The position numbers and the translations under genes were made by a program. Shown here in pieces: positions 48,958 through 55,900 of a stretch of DNA of 64,000 nt (position 1 is the stretch's first letter; each line of letters opens with the position of its first letter). A model generated the notes under the pieces. That model saw nothing but the letters and a program-made list of their open reading frames with translations, searched no databases and was not told the origin of the DNA. Location: IMG/VR virus record IMGVR_UViG_3300031251_000001, positions 62,001-126,000 of that record. The stretch is one strand, 5' to 3'.

Positions 48958-50105
48958 TTGAGGAGCCCCTCGATACGGAGGATGTCGAGGATACGCTGCA
49001 GCTGCTTGGCTACCGGGCCTTCAGCTCGCACGGCCCGATCGTCGAGGTAGACGTCAGCGTAGATCTTGTTGGAGCCGCCTTCGGGCTGGAATGGGCTGTC
49101 ATTGATGTAATCGAACTCGACGCCGGCAGCTTTAAGGTGGCTGGTGAGCAAGAGCCGATCGCTGCGAACGGTCCAGATGCAGATCGTGCAGCCCAGCTTC
49201 TTGAGGGCGTTGACCAGGATCACCATCTGTGGTTTGACGGGGCCGATCTTGGTGTTGTCGAACGGCTCCATTGTCTCGCAGAGGGTGCCGTCGACATCGA
49301 TCGCGACGATAGGTTTACGGTCGCCGGCATACTTCTGCCATCGCCGCAGGAGAGCGGCACTGGCCCGCTTGCGAAAGGCACGATCGACAAAAGGAAAAGG
49401 ATCAACCGCCAGCTTCACCAGCTCCTCCATATCGGAGAAAGTGGGGGCGACAGCAAGCTGGGAAGCAGCCTTGCGAACAAGTTTCTTCCAGCTCGCTACA
49501 AACACCGAGTCACGGTCAGTACGAACACCCCGAGCGTAGTCTTCGTACCAATTAAGCCAGGCGGTCTTGCGGCGTGTATCCAGAAGCCCGAAGCGGGCCA
49601 GATCAGAGACAGTATAGTCGGGAGTGAAGTCAAAGGCACGCTTGGCTGCCTTGCCGCCGGGGAGGAAGTCTTCTTCGCTCACCTCGGACTGGGTGTCTCC
49701 TCTTTCCAGCCACCATTCCAACTGATAGGGAGTGACGGCTACGATGCTGCCAAAGCCGGTCCAGCCTTCTTTGTAGCAGCTGAGATATGCTTCCTTGGCC
49801 TCTTGGGCGGAACCTGGTCCCAGGATGACTTTGTGCTCGTCGAATGCACCAGACTGCTTAACCTGGTTAATGATAAAGGCAACGTCGTTTTGGTATGGAT
49901 CAGAATCGATAAACACATCGACATGATCGCCATCATCGTCCGTTGATGAATCGGGAAAGTAACCGTAGTGAAGTGGGAGATCAACTCCATGACGCACCTG
50001 GCCTTTAGCATACTCCAGGGCAATAGGGATGCCCTTCCACTTGAGCTCCCTGATCGTCGGCCTGTCCTTGGCGATCTTATCCGGCATCGTTAGTTCCAGA
50101 TTCAT
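48954..50105 (-). CDS. Inorganic pyrophosphatase-like domain fused to HAD-superfamily hydrolase
   Basis: N-terminal 'HYGYF...DGDHVDVF...FDEHKVILG'. C-terminal 'IDVDGTL...IWTVR...KIYADVYLDDRA'. Confidence 0.8.
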   Translation of the reverse strand: MNLELTMPDKIAKDRPTIRELKWKGIPIALEYAKGQVRHGVDLPLHYGYFPDSSTDDDGDHVDVFIDSDPYQNDVAFIINQVKQSGAFDEHKVILGPGSAQEAKEAYLSCYKEGWTGFGSIVAVTPYQLEWWLERGDTQSEVSEEDFLPGGKAAKRAFDFTPDYTVSDLARFGLLDTRRKTAWLNWYEDYARGVRTDRDSVFVASWKKLVRKAASQLAVAPTFSDMEELVKLAVDPFPFVDRAFRKRASAALLRRWQKYAGDRKPIVAIDVDGTLCETMEPFDNTKIGPVKPQMVILVNALKKLGCTICIWTVRSDRLLLTSHLKAAGVEFDYINDSPFQPEGGSNKIYADVYLDDRAVRAEGPVAKQLQRILDILRIEGLLK

Positions 50106-50323
50106 AAGGGTGGTTGCTGAGCCCCTCGGAAACCCCTAGTACCGAGGACCTTTGCTCCGAAAAGCATTGACAGCGCACATGAGGCGTCGCGCTGTCTCCT
50201 CCGCGGGTTAAACCTAGCGTCAATCCCCGCTGTCAGCGATCAAGCCGACATCCGTGCCCGTCCGCATCCTTGCGGTCGAGCGCCTACCAATCGCGCCTGC
50301 GATTAACCCAGCAACCGACCCTC
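50106..50323 (-). ncRNA. Candidate structured RNA (~220 nt) of unknown family
   Basis: 17-bp terminal helix enclosing at least five hairpins. G-U pairs and a UUCG loop favour the minus strand. Confidence 0.6.
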
Positions 50324-50343
50324 ACGAGTCCCATTGTAACTCG

Positions 50344-51210
50344 TTAGCTAAAGAAAAGATTGTCTTCGTGCTCGGAGATGTCCATCATCTCCCTCACGGT
50401 GGAACTTGCCTTCTTCCGCACTTCCGTGTAATTCGCCACTCGACTTTTGATCGGGTAGGGATGGAGTGAGGCCATGGGAATGGCACCGAAACCATCAACG
50501 GGGAGCCGGAGGTAGTTGGCTAGGATAGCTTGAAGCTCGTTCAGGTTCAACAGCCATCGATACTGAATTAGGCAATAATCCTCGGTAGCCTGCTGGATCG
50601 TCCGTAATGTGTGATCACGTGTTGCCAGGCTGGCGTGGACGAACTCCGAACAGAGAGCGGGGTCGATTGAGACCGGCAGCAGTGGCCGCTTGGTATGACC
50701 AATCCACTTACCATAGCGTTCCCCGGTGTAGTAGCTGACGTAGCAGTCGAAGGGGTTGCGATCCACGAAGATGATGGCCACGTCTTTGGTGCGGCACCAG
50801 CGGTGGATCGAATCGGCGAGCTGCGTGTTGCGTAGCGTCTCGAACGTCAGGCGGACGCCGATGTGCGTTTCCCCGCTGATTGGGTTGGGGAAGAGTGTTT
50901 TCTCGATGTAGTTATGCAAGACCGGATTGAGTTCGATCCAGTGGTCATCATCATCAGGGTTGGCATGAGGATGGAGGGCCATTGGCGACATGCCGCACAT
51001 GCCGTACGGACGCCTGACATCCTCGGCACCGAAGTAACCATAGTGAGCCAGCATCCTGTCTCTGGCTTCTCTGTGATTGACCGCCTGGCTGTGGCATGTG
51101 AGTCCATTCTGGGTATTGAGCAGCGACGTAATCGGCCACGAGCCGCTGCGGTGCTCGCCTAACACAACGAAGTTGACCAACACCAAACTCCATTTCGGTG
51201 CGATACCCAC
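50344..51210 (-). CDS. Sulfotransferase-family protein (start uncertain)
   Basis: 5'-PSB-like 'FVVLGEHRSGS' and 3'-PB-like 'DRNPFDCYVS'. Confidence 0.65.
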   Translation of the reverse strand: MGIAPKWSLVLVNFVVLGEHRSGSWPITSLLNTQNGLTCHSQAVNHREARDRMLAHYGYFGAEDVRRPYGMCGMSPMALHPHANPDDDDHWIELNPVLHNYIEKTLFPNPISGETHIGVRLTFETLRNTQLADSIHRWCRTKDVAIIFVDRNPFDCYVSYYTGERYGKWIGHTKRPLLPVSIDPALCSEFVHASLATRDHTLRTIQQATEDYCLIQYRWLLNLNELQAILANYLRLPVDGFGAIPMASLHPYPIKSRVANYTEVRKKASSTVREMMDISEHEDNLFFS

Positions 51211-51250
51211 AGACTATACGGGGCCTTCCCAGAGGCTGCAATACCGGATA

Positions 51251-51291
51251 GCTAAAGAAAAACACGCCGGCCCGTACGAGGGGCCGGCGTG
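51251..51291 (-). terminator. Intrinsic terminator with TTTTCTTTAGC tail
   Basis: 11-bp stem CACGCCGGCCC/GGGCCGGCGTG then TTTTTCTTTAGC. Confidence 0.85.
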
Positions 51292-51295
51292 AGAA

Positions 51296-51598
51296 TCAGG
51301 CAGGAACGAGGAGTTCATGCTCTTCCGTGATACGTTCTCTCACGCTGTGCACCAGAGCCATGTGCTCCATGTGTTCTTCGTAGAGATCGGCCAGGTCAAG
51401 CCAGTTGGGTTCATCGTGGTTACGACGAATGTCCTTGTCGGTGGGTTCCGCCATCGCCACACAGGCGTCAAGGCAGGCGTCACAGAGCTGGTTAGCTTTG
51501 CGACACGCCTTGCAGAGAGGAGCTCGGCAACTGCCGCACTTGGCGGTAGTACGCTTGGACTCGCAACAAGTGCAGCGTTTCTTGAGCGGTTCAGACAT
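51296..51598 (-). CDS. Small Cys-rich (Zn-finger-like) protein
   Basis: Four CxxC pairs; AAGGAG RBS. Confidence 0.7.
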   Translation of the reverse strand: MSEPLKKRCTCCESKRTTAKCGSCRAPLCKACRKANQLCDACLDACVAMAEPTDKDIRRNHDEPNWLDLADLYEEHMEHMALVHSVRERITEEHELLVPA

Positions 51599-51625
51599 GA
51601 CTCGGACTCCTTGAGAGGGGACATG

Positions 51626-51654
51626 AAAAAACCCGCTGAAACCAATCAGCGGGT
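51626..51654 (-). terminator. Intrinsic terminator / attenuator
   Basis: ACCCGCTGA-N6-TCAGCGGGT followed by TTTTT. Confidence 0.75.
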
Positions 51655-51671
51655 AACAATACCGTTCAATA

Positions 51672-51700
51672 GTTATGACGCATTTACGCCTCTTCTTTAG
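51672..51700 (-). promoter_or_regulatory. Candidate promoter CTAAA-N13-TGCGTCATAAC, copy 2
   Basis: Matches 22087-22115 in both boxes and in spacing. Confidence 0.5.
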
Positions 51701-52109
51701 CTTCTTCTTCAGGTTTATCCTTCTTGGGTGGATCCGGGGGACGCTCAGCCTTGGCGCTGTGTTTGGCCACTTCGGCTACCAGGAGACGCAGTTGGTTCAG
51801 TAGCTCGATGGGGGCCTTGTTACAGTCGAGACGATCGATGACGACGCGGAGCATCATGACTTCGCTGACCATCGATAGATGGATCTTGGCGATACGGGGC
51901 GTCGGTTGGTTCAGCTCGACGAAGGCATACTGGTCGTAAAGGGGACCGGTGCCGACCGCGACGGAGAGAGGAGGGAGATCGCCTTCAGGCCGTAGGTTGG
52001 CGTCGACGAAGGTCTCCCCCATGAGGCGGTAGTTGTCTTTCTTGAAGTGGCGATCGAGCTTGGGCTTGGCCTCGTATGCCTTCTGAAAGACGCTGCTCGT
52101 GTTATCCAT
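51684..52109 (-). CDS. Hypothetical protein
   Basis: 141 aa, closely packed after the membrane-protein genes. Confidence 0.65.
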   Translation of the reverse strand: MDNTSSVFQKAYEAKPKLDRHFKKDNYRLMGETFVDANLRPEGDLPPLSVAVGTGPLYDQYAFVELNQPTPRIAKIHLSMVSEVMMLRVVIDRLDCNKAPIELLNQLRLLVAEVAKHSAKAERPPDPPKKDKPEEEAKEEA

Positions 52110-52110
52110 G

Positions 52111-52458
52111 TCAACCTGCGCGTTGCCGTTGCTGCATATTGTGAATCACCGTGCAACGGGTCTGATGCCCCATGTGGTGGACTGCGGGGTACTCGCATTT
52201 CCCAGGCTCGAACGCCAGCGAATAGAAAACGCCGGCGATCACCCCATGCGTGGCGATGATAGTAACAGATCGCCCCGCGTCAAGCGAGACCGCTGAGTAG
52301 ATGCTATAAAGCATGTCGAGGGCCACCGCTCCCAACATGAGTACCATCGCTGCCCGCAACCGCGACGGGTTGTCGCGGTTTTTCCATAGATAGTAGCCAC
52401 CGATCATGAGGGCAATCAGGCAGACAAAGATGTCGCCGAAGCGAAACGTCATCATCAT
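52111..52458 (-). CDS. Small multi-pass membrane protein
   Basis: Starts at MMMTFRF overlapping the holin-like stop; three hydrophobic segments. Confidence 0.65.
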   Translation of the reverse strand: MMMTFRFGDIFVCLIALMIGGYYLWKNRDNPSRLRAAMVLMLGAVALDMLYSIYSAVSLDAGRSVTIIATHGVIAGVFYSLAFEPGKCEYPAVHHMGHQTRCTVIHNMQQRQRAG

Positions 52459-52886
52459 TTCTTGATCTCCGGGGGCTGAGCAGGCACCGAGGGAGTCAGC
52501 GTCGCAGGTGGCGGTGCTGGGACGCCTGCAGCGGGCGGAGCAGGGGTTTGAGCTGTCGGCACCTGCGGGATGAGCACAGAGGAACCAGACCAGGCGTTGG
52601 CCCAGGCCGACATCTTCTTCAATACTACCGTGAGAATCGTCCAACCGCCAAACCCTACCGAGGCGGCGCCGGCGATCCAGACATCCATCTGGGTGGAATC
52701 CATATTGGCGTAACGACAAGCAATGCCTGTGAAAACGCTAGACGCCAAAACGCCGACAAGGAACTTCCGAACCGAGAGTTTTAGAGGGTCCTCGGTGGAG
52801 AGCAGCACGTAAAGCAGCGAACCGATAAGTCCTGCCGCAGTAGCGATGCCCAGACGAAAGATGACATGATTAACATTCGCATCCAT
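52455..52886 (-). CDS. Holin-like membrane protein
   Basis: Three transmembrane segments, a 'GAASVGFGG' pattern and an AGGAGG RBS before ATG 52886. Confidence 0.5.
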   Translation of the reverse strand: MDANVNHVIFRLGIATAAGLIGSLLYVLLSTEDPLKLSVRKFLVGVLASSVFTGIACRYANMDSTQMDVWIAGAASVGFGGWTILTVVLKKMSAWANAWSGSSVLIPQVPTAQTPAPPAAGVPAPPPATLTPSVPAQPPEIKK

Positions 52887-52973
52887 GCGGTACCTCCTAT
52901 TTGGCATCGTAACAGATCGAGCGTTGTTGCGGTTATGATCAGGTAGAGACGAACAAAATCGAGGAAGGTATCA

Positions 52974-55900
52974 ATGGGCACTTTGACAGGGCACACACCG
53001 GCAACCACGTACCCCAGCCTCATGCACATCGACCCCAACGTCGATGGGACGCTTCGCCGGATGACAGACGGTCTGGGCAACCCGTTGCCTATCCTGGTGT
53101 CGTCGACCGCTGTAGAGATCGACCAGCCATTATCGCTGACTACACTCGACATTACCACTTTAACGTCCGGCGGCGTGAACAGTTCTCTCGTCCCTTCCGT
53201 CGACAATACCTACAGCCTGGGCAGCAGCTCCAAACGCTGGGCCTACCTCTACGTCGATCACCTCGACTTTGCTGATCCTATCCCCATTGATTCGGGTGGT
53301 ACCGGGTCCACCACGGCGTACGATGCTCGTGTAGCACTACTCCCCAGCATGCTCGGGTCGGGGAACCATCTCTTCCAGGTCAACACCGGCGGCACCGACA
53401 TTGCGGTGAGCGTCATCACCGTTGATCAATTAGTCGTGACGTTGAACGATCAGACCATTGCTGGTAACAAGACCTTCACCGGCAAGACCTCTTTCGCTAC
53501 GATTCTCAGCTCCTTCATTCCGGATGCTGACAACACTTACGATCTGGGTAGTACCTCTAAACGCTGGCGTTCTGCTGACGTGGTCGGTATCGATATCTCC
53601 GGTAGTATCACCGGCAATGTGAATCCGGCAACGAGCCTGGCTTTCAACGTCGGCACGCCCACTGCGCGTTGGAACACGCTTTACGCTAATGCCGTCAACA
53701 CCAATTTCCTGGGTGTCGTTGGCTTCGTGCAGACCAACTTGTCACCCTACGTATCAGGACTTAGCCTGGGCGTCACCGCCAATCGTTGGTCCAGTGCCTA
53801 CATCGATACCCTGACTCTCACCAATCCTTTGACTGCCGCCAATGGTGGTACCGGGGCAGCCACCGCAGCCGCTCATGCTGCCTTGATGGGACCAACCAGC
53901 GGATCAGCTGCAGCTCCTTCCTTCCGCGTCCCGGTCGTAGCCGATCTTTCCGACTTCGACACCGCTGTGCGTGCCTACCGCCTGGATCAGTTCGCGGCAC
54001 CCACCGCCGACGTGTCGATGAACTCGCACAAGATCACCAACTTGGCAGTGCCTTCGGCCTCCAATGACGCGGTGAACAAGGCGTACGCTGATGGTCTGGT
54101 GACTGGCCTCATCCAGAAGGCCAGCGCTACCGTGGCTGCCACCTCGGCCCTGCCGGCTTGCACGTACGCCAATGGGACAGCGGGTGTCGGTGCCACGTTG
54201 ACGGGCAACAGCAACGGTGCTCTCACCGTGGACACCTATGCTGTTCAGGCAGGTAATTTCGTCCTGGTAGCAGGTCAGGCATCTCAGCTGCAGAACGGTG
54301 TCTACCTCGTTACCCAGGCTGGCGACGGCTCTCACCCCTTCATCCTCACCCGTCATGCTTCGATGGATGAAACCAATGAGTTCTCGGGCTCCCTGGTGCC
54401 AGTCGAAGATGCCGGCTCCGCTAATGCCAATTCACTTTGGCTCTGCACCAACACCGGCTCCCCGGTCGTGGGCACCGATGCCATCACTTTCGTGCAGCTC
54501 AACAAAGGTACTGATCTTCAGTCCGGCACCGGCATCACTATCAGTGGGAACACGGTCTCGGTCACCGGTATCCTGTCGACGTTCTATGGTTTGTCGTCTA
54601 CCGCCGGCTGGCTGCACAACAACGGGTCAGGAACACTCACCTACTCGACACCGACGCAGTCCGATGTCGGTCTCTCCAACGTCGAAAACACAGCCCTCTC
54701 GACCTGGGCCGGCACCACTAACATCACCACACTGGGGACGATCGCGACCGGCACCTGGGCTGGTACGGCGGTGGGTGTCACGCACGGCGGCACGGGCGGC
54801 ACGTCGGCCAATGCCGGCCTGAATAACCTGTTACCGTCGCAAACCGGCAATAGCGGTAAGACGCTCGTCACAGATGGCACGAATACCTCCTGGGGTGTCG
54901 GCGGCGGTTCAGTAACCAGTGTGGGTTTAGCACTTCCTTCCAGTGAGTTTGTCATCAGCGGTTCACCAGTCACGGGTAGCGGCACCCTGACAGGAGCCTG
55001 GCAGGTCCAGCTGCAGAATTACGTTTTTGCCGGCCCTTCTGCCTCTTCCTTTGCAACGCCTGGATTCCGCCTGCTTGTCAGCGGCGATATTCCGCAGACA
55101 CTGGATCACACCTGGATCACGGACTTCGACACCCAAGTTCACACGTCTCGACTAGATCAACTGGCTGTGCCGACTTCTGACGTATCGATGAACAGCCACA
55201 AGATCACTAACGTGGCGACACCGACTTCATCAGGTGACGCAGTCAACAAAAGCTATGCTGACGCGCTGGCTTTGGGTTCGATTCCCAAAATCACGGCTCA
55301 ATTGGCGACGGCCGGTGCTCTCCCTGCCTGTACCTACGCTAACGGTACGTCAGGCGTGGGTGCCACATTAACCGGTAACAGCAATGGTGCGTTGACAGTC
55401 GACGGTACGGTGGTTCAGTCCGCCTGGCGGGTTCTGGTTACCAGTCAATCGTCCGCCCTGCAAAACGGCCTCTACGACGTGACGACCGTGGGCGATGGCT
55501 CTCACCCCTTCGTGCTCACCCGCAATGCGTCGATGGATCAGAACTCGGAGTTTGCCGGTTCCTTCATTCCAGTCGAGGATGAGGGCACATCGCAAGCTAA
55601 TTCAATCTGGCTCTGTGTGACAACAGCGGCTCCTACCATAGGCACTGATCCGATCGCCTTCACCCGACTCAACAAGGCAACCGATCTGGCTGCCGGCACG
55701 GGTATTGGTATCAGCGGTAACACGGTCTCTGTGGCTGGAATCACGTTGACCTTCGCCAGCCTGGGTAATAGCTCTGGTTGGCTGCATAACGATGGGTCCG
55801 GCACACTTATCTATTCAACTCCCACGCCAACCAACCTGGGTCTGGGGAACGTGGAGAATACCGCCCTGTCGACCTGGGCAGGTACCACGAATATCACCAC

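Noticed and set aside
50106-50323. tRNA, tmRNA or RNase P identity; ORF 50254-50469
   Set aside because: No cloverleaf or T-loop, tag reading frame or GAGGAAAGUCC signature was found. The ORF is antisense and unsupported.
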